64,000 bases of DNA from Phaeosaccion multiseriatum (taxonomy: Eukaryota > Protista > Ochrophyta, other classes). The notes below the pieces were generated by a model. That model did no database searches and was not told the DNA's origin. It saw only the letters and a list, made by a program, of their open reading frames with translations. Shown piece after piece: positions 1 through 14,707 of the stretch. The stretch's first letter is position 1. Each line of letters opens with the position of its first letter. A program made the position numbers and the translations under genes. The DNA lies in contig OZ218953.1 of NCBI GenBank assembly GCA_965112735.1, forward strand, positions 1,798,001 to 1,862,000. The letters run 5' to 3'.

Positions 1-1451
1 CAGGCCCGGCAGCCGCCACATGAGTAGCTCCTCCCTCCTCTCTGAGCTCGAAAGGGCCCAACAAGCCACCCAAGCAGACGCAGCAGGAGGAGCCATGACG
101 GTGGTGGGAGGAGAGGCTGGGACAGGGGCAGGGGGGGGCGCTGTGGAAATGCAAAAGATGTCAGGGGAGGAGGCAGGGGCAGGAGCGGGAGCAGGAGGAG
201 TGCTGGGGGGGGTTGTCGTGGATACGGGTGATGAGGTAACGGCGAGTAAGGTCCAGGGCGGTGCGCGGCTAGACTCCAGCCAGGCCCTCGAGGCCCTGCA
301 AGGAGGGAAGAGCGACGAGTGGGAGGCCGAGGAGCCTCCGACCTACATGAAGGGTCGGCGACAGCTCAACTCAGACCTCGAGGAGGAGCTGGTGACCACT
401 CCTTTTGAGACGTACGAGTTGTTCCGTGGGCAAAGGTTCGGCGGAGGGGAGGGCTACCGCTGCGTCGGGTTCTTCAAGTGCCTAGTGAGAGTCACAGAGG
501 AGGACCCTGACGACGACTTGCTCTTTGTGGATGCGAGCGCGTTTGGGAGCTTGGAGGAGGCGCGCAAGGAGAACGCACGGGTATTGGGGGAGCTGCTGAT
601 ACCCAAAGCGTACAAGGTGCGGCTGTACGTGTTGCAGGCCAAGAACCTTACCCCGATGGACCCGGGCATTGGCGGGCGGCCGGGTAAGAGCGACCCTTAC
701 CTCCTCACCAAACTGGGGAAGGAGACGGTGGATGACTCCGACAGTTACATCCTCGATGTAACGGATGCCGACCTGTACAAGTGCGTGGAGTTTAATGCAG
801 AGCTGCCCGGAGCCTCCCGAATGGAGATTAACGTGATGGATTATGACGACATTGGTTTCAATGAGCTCATCGGTCGAACCAACATTGACTTGGAGGACCG
901 CTGGTTCGATTCCCGATGGCAGGCGCTGGGGCTGGAGAATCGAAATATCGATCTCGACAACGTTTCCAAGTCGCGATACCAAACCAAACCCCTGGAGCTG
1001 CGGCCCCTCACCATCCCTACTGCAAAGGCGCCCCAGGGAATGTTGCAATGCTGGGTGGACATTCTCACGCCCGCAGACGCGGGCCTTTTCCAGCCGGATG
1101 ATGTGGCCCTCCCGCCTGTGGCGCAGTTCGAGGTGCGAGTGGTGATATGGAAGTGCAAGGAGGTCGTCGCCATGGACACTTTGGAGAACATGAATGACTT
1201 GTACGTCAAAGCGTGGGTGGAGGGCTGCGATCCGCAAGTGACAGACACGCATTGGCGAGCCAAGAGCGGCAAGGGCAGCTTCAACTGGCGTATGAAGTTC
1301 AAGGTGGACTTGGGGCCACGCACCCGCTCCTACAAGTTCCCCTATTTGACCCTTCAGATGTGGGACAAGGACGTTGTAATGCACAATGACGTCATCGCGG
1401 AGAGCATGGTGGACCTCGGAGCGGCCTTCAGGAGAGCTTTCAAGAAGAAGG

Positions 1452-1498
<47 letters not shown>

Positions 1499-2876
1499 TG
1501 TTTGTGGGTGCGTGGGTACGTGTGTGGGTTGCATGCGTGAGTCGGTTGATGTTCTGCGCGCTGACACTTTCCCCTCATGACTCGCCCACTCACTCATTCA
1601 CTCATCTCTCACCCACTCCCTCACTCGCTCATTCACTCAGTCACTAACTCAGTCACTTACTCAGTCACTCAACTAAGTCAATCAACACAATCTTTCCGCT
1701 CACTCGCTCCCCTCCCTCACTCTCAATCCTACCCACTGTGCGAGAACTGCTACCACTGTGTTTGATGCCTTCTCTCACCCCCCCCCCCTTCCCCCCCCCC
1801 CCCCTCCTCCCCGCCCATCTTCCCTCTCTCCACAGACGGTGATCATGTTCGAAGACACCGCTGAGAAGATTGCCCAGCTCAAGGCGGAGGCGGAGGCGGA
1901 CGCTGCCAACATGGCCATTGACTCCGCTAATCCCAACCCCGCTGATGGGATGGCGCAGCAGTCCCAAGGGCTGTTGCAGCAACAGGGTGACTCTGCAGCA
2001 GGGTCTGTGGTGTCCCTTGAAGGCCTTGAAGAGGGCCAAGCACAGGCAGCAACAGCAACAGCAACAGCAACGGGAGGAGAGGGGGAAGGAGAGACCGACA
2101 TGGTGGGAGGAGTGGTGGGAGGAGCAGGCCAGACGCCGGATCTCATGGCCGGCCTGGGGGCAGCCAAGGTGGGAGACTCAACTGCTGCTGTCCCTCCCGG
2201 GCTGTCCGGCAACACCGGCAAGAAGCCCAAGAACAAGAAGGGCGGCTACGAGGGGATGGCAGACGATGGCGTGGGGCCCGAGGAGGAGGACCGGGAGGCG
2301 GACGGGGGCGATTGGATTTCGCAGACCCTCTTTGTTTCCGACTCCAGCACCAAGCCGAAGCCGAGGCAGAGGCAGCAGCAGCAGCAGCAGCAGCGGCCAA
2401 GGGTTGGTGGCAAGAGTGGCACAAAGGCAAACCCGAAGCGGGCGGGCCGTCCTGCGGAGAAGGACCAGGACAGAGAGGACGCACAGGACTTTATCAACAC
2501 GGTTAAGGAGATGACCGGATTTGGTGGGCGGCCTCGGGAGAGTCAGTGGATTGCGATGGAACGCACCAACTTCTCCAAGGGCGGCGTCAAGGAGCCCATG
2601 GGTCGGTGCCTCATTGGCGTTCAAGTATGGCCTATTGAGAAGGCGGAGATGTATCCGGTGGGAGCTGGAAGGAGCGACCCTAACAGCAATCCTTACTGCC
2701 CCCCGCCCACGGGCAGGCTTCGCTGGAGCTGGAACCCCTTCGTGCTTGGGGCGGAACTGTGTGGGCCGAAGATTTGCTGCTGGCTGTCGTGCGCCTGCTG
2801 CTGCGTGTTGTGTATTCTGTTGCTCGTCTTCTGCCAGCCCATCCTCAACCTCGCCATCGCGATCATGTTCAAGTAG
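1..2876 (+). CDS. Ferlin-family protein, C-terminal part (last two C2 domains + TM anchor); 5' partial
   Basis: Motifs VRLYVLQAKNL..D..GKSDPYL, DYDDIGFNELIGRTNIDLEDRWF, FEVRVVIW, TDTHWRAKSGKGSFNWRMKF and PVGAGRSDPNSNPYCPPPTGR, then a Cys-rich hydrophobic C-terminus. Exons <1-1453 and 1836-2876 join in phase 0 across GT-AG intron 1454-1835. Confidence 0.93.
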
Positions 2877-3310
2877 AGAGAGGACAGGAAAGGGAGGGGC
2901 AAGGGCCAAAGGGGAAAGGGAGACGAGAGAGTTGGAGGGGAGGGAGGGGGCGAGGGAGCGAGGAAGGGAGGGAGCAGAGCAGGGTGGGAGAAGTAGAGAG
3001 GAAGGTACTCAGCCTAGCTGAATTGGATTGGCGTGTTGGCATCGTGATGATGGTGTGATGCCTTGAGCACCAAGCCAGAAAGGGGTTGGGCTAATAATTT
3101 AAACTGAAATTGGTTAGAATTTTTGAATTTTTCCCCATCCTCTCCCTCCTTCACTCACTCCCTCTCTCATCTCACTCTCTTTGCCTCCTGCTGACCTTCC
3201 TCCGCCTCGCTCTCTCTCTCAACCTCCTGCTCTAGCGACCCTTCTGACCTCCTCCCCCTGCACACGCGTCAGGCTTGGGGAAGGGTTGGGATATCCTTTA
3301 GGAGAGGACG

Positions 3311-3991
3311 ATGAGCAGCTCTTGTCCCAAGCGCTCCACCGGCGCTGCGCCGGCGGATTCTTCCGCGAAGAAGGCGAAGGCGACGACGACGCAGTCCCCT
3401 CACGACAAGTTTTTCGACCTGCTGCGTGCCGCCGGAAAAAGAGCCGAGGCGATAGGGCAAATGATCATTCGTGGACTGCCAGACGATGAAGAGGAGGAAG
3501 AAGAAGAGGACACAAGCAAGCTTACTACGGCGGAAATGGAGACCCTCCGCTTTGTGTTCATTACTGAATCGCGGGCAGATGCTCTCACAGACATGGAGCG
3601 CTTGGTGCTTGGCGACCAATACGGGGACTCGATAATGTGTTTCAACACCTCTTTCTCCTACACCATCTTGGACAGCTATGAAACCATCGAGAAGACGCTC
3701 TATGAAACCAAGAGCCTGTCCAAGAAGTTTGATATCTTGTTTGCGTACACGCACACCATCAATACGCATGACGTCTGGATGCAAGACCATGAGGTCGGCT
3801 GGGGCGGGGAGACGTTCATCGCAGACTTGGCCAAGCGCTGGAAGGCGATGCTCAAGGAAAGTGATGCAGACTTGGGCATTGACTCGGAGTTCACTCGGCC
3901 TGGAATCGTTTGCTTTCTGACGCAGTTCAAGGAGCAGTTGGAAGGGGTGGACACGTCCGAGGACCCTCCCATCACCTTCGACTTCCAGTAG
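3311..3991 (+). CDS. Single-exon protein of unknown function (226 aa)
   Basis: Clean ATG-to-TAG ORF with a globular-looking, aromatic-rich core (FNTSFSY, DVWMQDHEVGWGG, LGIDSEFTRPG) and purine-rich 3' flank like neighbouring genes. No family recognised. Confidence 0.75.
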   Translation: MSSSCPKRSTGAAPADSSAKKAKATTTQSPHDKFFDLLRAAGKRAEAIGQMIIRGLPDDEEEEEEEDTSKLTTAEMETLRFVFITESRADALTDMERLVLGDQYGDSIMCFNTSFSYTILDSYETIEKTLYETKSLSKKFDILFAYTHTINTHDVWMQDHEVGWGGETFIADLAKRWKAMLKESDADLGIDSEFTRPGIVCFLTQFKEQLEGVDTSEDPPITFDFQ

Positions 3992-4447
3992 AGAGTACTT
4001 CGGGTAGGTGGAAGGGAGTGGAGTGAAATGGGGGGAGAGTGTGAATAGTTGATACAGGGAACAGTTTGAAATGGAGTGTACACGCGCCCACGCAAGTAGG
4101 AGAAGGGAAACGAAGGGGACAGGGTCGTTGGTAGCAGCAGTAGCAGGAGCAGTAGGAGCACCAGGGAATGCGCTCGCGGGAGTTTCACAACAAAAGGCAA
4201 TACTGGAGCAACGAGGGGGCACGGGGTCGAGGAGAAGGGAGAGACTCGTGTGGAGCTTAGCCGGCTGATATGGACTGGACTGTAGGTGGCGCCTCTAAGC
4301 TCCACAGACGAACGGAGAGGCGAGGCTTTTCGACTGACAACAGGAGATTCGTCGTTTCAGCGATAGGCGCACGGCGAGATTGGGATCGAGGACAATGGCC
4401 CTGCGCGAGCGAGAAAGGAGAGAGCAAGAGAGGAAAGCGGGAGCGGG

Positions 4448-4951
4448 ATGGAAGTCTTTTGCCCCCGCTCGGAGTGCCGTCAAACCCGCGCAAAACTGAG
4501 GCCGCACAAGGGCCCATACGGCGTCTTCATGGGTTGTGAGAACCACAGGCGCGCCGACCCGGCAGACTTTTCGAGCTGCAACATCATGTTCCACGTCACA
4601 ACCTATGGACCCGATAATCTGCTGGCCGAGAGATCAAGGAGTGCTTTGGTTGCGGCGGCCTAATGGCCAAGTACACGCCCTTCGCTCCAATGGCCTCCAG
4701 CACCAACCTTGACCCCCGACACATTCACGCAGTGGGGGATGGATATCATGAAAACCCGACCATGCGCTAAGGTGCCCAAAAAGGCGCGCTGCGCGCTCCG
4801 TCAGTGCGGTGCCAAGTTCACAGCGCACGACAAGGTCTTCGCCCGAAGAACTCGGGGAGCATTCTTTACGTACATGTACACTTGTAGTGCATGTAGCTCG
4901 TGTGCTCTGCTCCCCGAGTTCTTCGGGCGAAGACCTTGTCGTGCGCTGTGA
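4448..4951 (+). pseudogene. Interrupted zinc-ribbon ORF (TopA C4-type ribbon, then a second Cys cluster)
   Basis: 4448-4663 encodes CPRSEC..KGPYGVFMGC..C, resembling the topoisomerase C4 zinc ribbon. ORF 4709-4951 (CALRQC...CSAC) is in the same frame beyond a single TAA at 4661-4663, and its 3' part runs into the inverted duplication. Confidence 0.4.
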
Positions 4952-5061
4952 ACTTGGCCCCGCACTGACGGAGCGCGCAGCGCGCCTTTTTGGGCACCTT
5001 AGCGCATGGTCGGGTTTTCATGATATCCATCCCCCACTGCGTGAATGTGTCGGGGGTCAAG
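4708..5061. repeat. Long near-perfect inverted repeat (154-bp arms, 46-nt loop); candidate hairpin RNA
   Basis: 4708-4861 is the reverse complement of 4908-5061 with one mismatch seen (gcggTgccaag vs gcggGgccaag). The same peptide is encoded on both strands (ORFs 4709+ and 5060-). Confidence 0.97.
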
Positions 5062-5290
5062 TTGGAAGAAAGTGGGAGGAAGGGAGGGATTAGAATAAGT
5101 CAATAAAATATCTCGGCCGCCTCTACTCAACGATCTTCTCTCTCTCAATGACCCTCTGAAGTCTCACCAAGGACCTCTGCATCCCTTTTTTATCGAGTCA
5201 GTTCCAGCGTAAGGGCTAGCACAGTACTGCCCTTCAAACTGTAAAACTGTCCTTGCGCTGATGTGAATTAGAGGCCCGAAGCTAAGCAGT

Positions 5291-8648
<3,358 letters not shown>

Positions 8649-9396
8649 GTGAGTGAGTGAGTTATACGCACTCACTTTCTCTCTCCCTGGTAGGGTTTGC
8701 GTACATGTTATGCTAACCCCTCCGTCACAACCTTTTTTACACAAACTGGACGACATTTTGTCCTCCTTCTATACTTCTCTTACACGATAAGCATTTTGTC
8801 ATGGATGAGAACCTACGCTCAGGCATACCCGCCGAACACGAAAGTTTGCGCTCCACCCCCCCCTCCCTCCGTGGTAATTCGGGTGCAGGAAAAGGGACTC
8901 ATTGCTAAAAAAAGAAGCTCAAATCGCCACACGCTTTTGGGGGCCTTTTGAGCTTCTTTTGAGCAACGAGCTCGAGCTTGTGCGTAGACACCTCTCCCTC
9001 TCCCACTCTCTCTCTCCAATCTGAGCAGTGGGCAGTGGGCCTCTTGGTCGACCTCCTCCTTGTGTGCGGTGCACAGAGGGAGGGAGGCAGACCATCAAGC
9101 TCAGGTCCGACCGACCGACCGACCGACTGACGGGGAGGAAGCAGCAGGAGGCCGTGCATGTATACATCGATGCATCGCTTCTCTCTGTCTGTAACGGTCA
9201 GTGCCCTGGTGCTTGGTCAAGCGACCTCCGGACTCTGATGGACGGTGCCTGCGCCCCAGACTCTTTTGAACATCCATCAGAGTCCTTGAGCATCGATAAG
9301 TCTTGGTTGGATCACTATAGACCAAAACACAAGAGGCACCGGCACATACAAACCAGTTTTAATTCTCTGGGAAACCGGGGCTCACGTCTCGCCCAT

Positions 9397-9807
9397 TCAA
9401 GGCGGTAGCTCGCTCCACAGAAACGCATTTTGCCATTGTCGAAATCTGCACTTGGTTCGCACGGAGCTTGTAGACTTGCCCAGAGGGGAAGCACCAACAG
9501 TGTCCCCGAAGCCCCCCGGCGTACCACCAACTTCAACCCAAACGTTTCTCCAGGAAGAGGATGAGTTCCTACCTCGGCCCTGCCCCATCGATTGCTCCTG
9601 GTGTTGCTGGTGGTGCTGGTGGCCCTGCTGGGCCGAGACGCTGAGGACGGACGGGAAAGTGCTCCTAAAGATTGCGAGCAGGGGAAGAGAGAGATCTCGA
9701 GCATCGCCGGTGCAGGAAGCCATCACTGACACCCTCTTGGGGGGGCGGCGGTGGCGATACTGGGTATTGTCTGGCGATGCCTGGTCGACCTCGAGCTCCT
9801 GCTCATG

Positions 9808-9853
<46 letters not shown>

Positions 9854-10680
9854 GCGTACTCCTCTTGCAGTATCCGGGCGTCTTGCTGCAAAGAGAGTGC
9901 AGCGTACCTTAGCAGGTTGAGAGCTTGCATACAGGCTACACCACCATCACTCAGTGCAGAGCTCCGCCGCTGCTGCTGCTCGGGTGACCGCCTGAGGCGG
10001 TTGGGGGAGGTGGAAGCAAGATCGGCGCCCGTTGTAGTCACGAGTACGTCCAAGTCATCGATAACAAGCACGTCAGGCGGAGCTGCGATGGTGTGCACAT
10101 TGCTTAGCCACCAGATCAAGTCTTCCCGGCAGGAAATGTACTTCAGACTGAGACCAGAGAGCAGAAGGTCGTCAAACCCATCCATAGGAGAACACTCGGG
10201 CGCCCTGGGCTCTGGTGGTTGCTCGACCCCTCCTCCTCCTCCTGCTGTTGCCGCATTCGCCTCCGCCTCACTCTCCCTGCACAATGGTAGCGGGACTACT
10301 TGTTCGAACTTCTCCTTGTCGCATATGAACCACACATCTTTCCCCTCCGCCACCTTGCCCAGCGCGTAATCAAAGAGAAGGCAGGTCCGGGCGGAGTCTC
10401 TTGGCCCCGTCAAAAGGCAAAGGTCAGGAGGTGGGGCAGACCCCGTCCTCCGCTCCTTCTTCCGCTGCTCCTTCTTCTGCGAGGGAGAGTATCGAGACTG
10501 AAGCAAGTACTCAAGGAGGGACGATTCATTCCCTTCGCCCCCCTCGCCCCTTTCCCGCGTGCTCCCTCTAGCCTCAAGCCCCACACCCCGCCCCCCTCCG
10601 CGACGGTCTCCCTGTGACTGTGTGGCTGGCGGTAGAGTCACCGGAGGAAGAGGGCCCACCCCTACGCCTCCATTGAACAT
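9397..10680 (-). CDS. SWSAP1: SWSAP1-like RecA/RadA-fold protein (Shu complex), single exon
   Basis: LCLLTGPRDSARTCLLFDYAL...VWFIC...LSLKYISCREDLIWWLSNVH...PDVLVIDDLD parallels the SWSAP1 layout as I recall it (LLLLGTPGSGKTALLFAAAL...VLFL...IRFQY...RELFRLLCSAH...PSLLLLDGLE). Confidence 0.68.
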
Positions 10681-11047
10681 TAGCCTGTCCTCGTCGCCCC
10701 ATCTAGAACCGACGAGAGGGGAAAAGACGCAAAATCGAAATAAATTATTAGTACGAGTTTCAAGTTTCAGTCTGAAACTTTAACCGTCCGTTGCAAGGGG
10801 GAATTGGGAGAGAGCAGAGCAGGAAACAGCGCCAGGAATACAACCGAGATTTAGGTCGACCAAGCAGTAAAGCGTGGCGAGTACCAAGACCCCAAGGGAG
10901 CAGCAGGGGAAGGCGAAGACGAGACTGTCTTGGCATCGAGCAGCCAGAAGCTGCTGCTCGGTGGGTAGAGTGGGACCCTCCCGGGTTGTCAAACAGCAGC
11001 AATAGTAGCATTATCGGCAGCAGTGGCAGCAGCAGCAGCAGGAAACT

Positions 11048-13038
11048 ATGGAGGTGGCACACTTGTACACCAAGGTGCGGTCGGAGTTCGGCAAGCACGC
11101 TCAGTTCAAAGACGTGCCTGCCTTTCTGCTGGAGACTGTGCCGGGATCTGAGGAGCACAAAGAAGCATACGTCTCACGCAACCCCTGCATAGCTGAGGTG
11201 GACACTTCACCACACATGTCAGAGCACGAAGCAAACACAGAGCGCCTCATCACCAAGCACACCAGCATGCGACACGAAGAGGGAGGGTGGCCCAAGGATG
11301 TAGACTTTACAGAGCAGTCAGACGTGACGCGCTTCCGAAAGAAGGCGGAAAAGGACGAGGACTACAAGGCCAGCGTCAAGGCACTGGGCCCCATCATTGG
11401 CAGCTGCATGCGACAAAACAACACCATTGACATCTACGAAGAGTACTTTGAGGGAAACGAGGTGGACCACTCCTCGGAGCCGCCCTCCGCCAAAGGTCTT
11501 GCTGTCTTTCGCGACCCCAACGCTACGAAGCGGACGGCCACGAGCATCAACTGGCACCCGGACGGCCCTACCAAGATTGCAGTGTCTTACAGCATCCTCA
11601 ACTTCCAGGACCCGCGATTCATGAACAACCGCATGCCCGTGTCCTCCTACGTATGGGATATTGTCAACCCAAACACTCCGGACGTGGAGCTCATCCCCCC
11701 ATCCCCTCTGTGCTGTCTCCGCTTCAACCCCAAGTCCACGGACACATTGGTGGGAGGGAGCTACAACGGACTCATCAACTTCTTCGACCTAAGAAAGCCT
11801 GGCGCTACCACAGGCCAGGCCGTGCCCTTTGACACGTCTGTGATCGAGAAGAGTCATCACGATCCCGTTTACGATGTGTTTTGGATATCATCGAAAACAG
11901 GTGCGTGAGTCTATACATACATCTATAGCCTAGTGTAGGTACACGGGGTTGGGGGGTTGGGGGTGTGGGGTGTGGGGTGTGGGGAAGCATAAGTGAGGGA
12001 GTGAGCCCTGCGGCCTCGTGTCCAATCGTTCCTTCTCCTCTGTGCGTGCGATGCTTCTTTTCCTCTCCTCCTCCTCCTCCTTTAACCACAACAACAGGCA
12101 ACCAGTGCTGCTCGGTATCAACAGATGGACAGATGATGTGGTGGGACACGAGGCACTTGCACGAGCCCACAGACGTGATTCAGCTCTCCACAGACGCCAA
12201 GGGAGGAGGCATGGTGCTCGGAGGCTCCTCAATGGAGTACAACCAAGAGGCGGGCCCGACCAAGTACCTGGTGGGCACGGAGCAGGGTATTGTTATGCAA
12301 GTCAACCTCCGAAACCGCAAGCAAAACAATGGCATTAGCGTCTTCGACACGGGCGCAGGCAAGCACCATGGCCCCATCTACAGCATCCAACGTAACCCTG
12401 CGCAGAACAAGTACTTTATGACCGTGGGAGATTGGACGGCTCGTATCTGGGCGGAGGACCTAAAGACCCCCATCATGACTACAAAATACCATAGCGCCTA
12501 CCTCACCAGCGGCTGCTTCAGTCCCACCCGAGCGGGTGTGTTCTTTGTGACGAGAATGGACGGTGTCGTGGACATTTGGGACTACTTTTACCGCCAAAAC
12601 GAGGTGGCGTATAGTCACAAGGTGGGGGACGCTGCTCTGTCGTCGATTGCGGTGCAGGGTACGGTGCAGTCGGGAGGAAAGCTCGTTGCGGTGGGGGATG
12701 TCAATGGAACAGTGAGTCTGCTGGAGGTGTGCGACAGCCTGGCGGTGCCGGCCGGCAACCAAGAAAAGTCGGGCATCGGCTCCATGTTCGAGCGGGAAAT
12801 GAAGCAGGAGAAGAACCTTGAGCTACGGGAGAGAGACCTTCGGAGGGCCAAAGCGGCTGACACAGAGGCCAAGAACAGAGCGGATGCGGATAAGAAGGAC
12901 GGCAAGGACGAGCGAGTGGAAGAGCTTCTGAGGAAGGTGGATGCGGACTTTTTGGCGATGATCAAGGAGGCGGAGGATGACGAGAGCAAGGGCGCGGATG
13001 GTGCGGGTCTCGACTCGGAGCCAGCGGACGAGATGTGA
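11048..13038 (+). CDS. DNAI2: Outer-arm axonemal dynein intermediate chain 2 (IC69/ODA6), WD40
   Basis: MEVAHLYTKVRSEFG, MSEHEANT, HEEGGWPKDVDFTE, RKKAEKDEDY, QNNTIDIYEEYF, SHHDPVY, HHGPIYSIQRNP, TVGDWTARIWAED. Exons 11048-11900 and 12098-13038. Confidence 0.96.
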
Positions 13039-13539
13039 TGTGAAAATCATTGCGCTTGCTTGCTTGCTTACTTGAGTCAAGTCACTGAGGGGAAGGAGGG
13101 CATCTCCTCATATCTGATGATGGGATTGACGGATGGGTCGGTGGTTAGGTGGGTGGATGGACAGATAGATAAATGGACAGATGGACAGATGGACATGCCC
13201 TGAGGGAAAGGGTGTGTAAGGCGCGGAGGAAGAATCTCTGCGCCAGTCGGCAAAGAGTCATTGCGAGACGGACAGGGGAAGAGAGATCTTTTTACATCAC
13301 AGTCCTGTCCTGAATGGGTCGGAACTACCCCCAATCTCTTGACCAAGCTTGGAGTACAATTGTCGATAAAGAATCCTCCTGATACCTACATAACCATACG
13401 GACATGTACATTATTTGATTCCGTGCGGAAGTATGAGGGACGCGTGACTCCGCGCGAGAAAAACCACGGAGGGAGCCTGACAAGGAAGCATCCCTCGAGC
13501 GATGTAATAACTAAAGACGAAAGACGAAGGCACCCCTCC

Positions 13540-14647
13540 TCACCCTCCGAATCTCTGCCTCAGCGAGGCCAACGCCCCCCCCCCGCTGTCACTACAAGCA
13601 GCAGCAGGAGCAGCAGGAGCAGCAGTTGGTGATACAGCACTGCTCGTCGGCGGTCCTTGAAAGCCCCCAACTCCTCCTCCTACTGCTCCTCCTCCACTCG
13701 CCGATTGTTGTTGTTCTCTCCGAATGGGCTCACCAAACTCATCGTATAGGGCGGCGAAGCGGGTGGTCTCCACTGGCGACGGCGGGGAGCAAGAAGGAGC
13801 TGCAGCGGTTGGTGATACACAATTGCTCGTCGGAGTGACAGCAGTTGATGATACAGAAGTGCGCAAGCCTTCACTTCCTCCTCCTACTGCTTCTCCTCCA
13901 ATGGAGTTTTGCTGTGGTTCTCTCCGAATGGGCTCACCAAACTCATCGTATAGGGCGGCGAAGCGGGTCGTCTCCACTGGCGACGGCGGAGAGCAAGAAG
14001 GAGCTGCAGCGGTTGGTGATACACCAGTGCTCGTCGGAGCGACAGCGGTTGATGATACAGAAGTGCGCAAGCCTTCACTTCCTCCTCCTACTGCTCCTCC
14101 TCCTCTCGCCGATTGTTGTTGTTGGTCTCTCCGAATAGGCTCACCAAACTCATCGTATAGGGCGGCGAAGCGGGTCGTCTCCACTGGCGACGGCGGGGAG
14201 CGAGAAGGAGCCGCAGCGGTTGGTGATACACCAGTGCTCGTCGGAGCGACAGCGGTTGATGATACAGAAGTGCGCAAACCTTCACTTCCTCCTCCTCCTG
14301 CCCCTCCTCCAATGGAGTTTTGCTGTTGGTCCCTCCGAATGGGCTCACCAAACTCATCATATAGCGCGGCGAAGCGGGAGGTCTCCACTGGCGACAGCAG
14401 GGAGCGAGAAGGAGCAGCAGCGGTTGGTGATACAGTAGCACCAGGGACGGGCTCGCCGCTTTCGTCGTACGCAGTCCCCATGCCCCCAGCCAGATGAGCG
14501 AGCTCTTCCTTCTTCAAGCCTTGGCTCCTGCGTGCTGAATCACCAACTGCTGCAACAGGGGTCAATTTTTCCCCCAGGACGGTCCTTTCATAGCTCCTCG
14601 GGAGTGCTGCCGCCGTCCTCACTGTGCATGTGCTCGTCCCTGCTTCT

Positions 14648-14707
<60 letters not shown>

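Noticed and set aside
13626-14440. Possible CRISPR-like array
   Set aside because: Whole 204-207 bp units are repeated, there are no unique spacers, the array is in frame in a eukaryotic gene and no cas genes are present.
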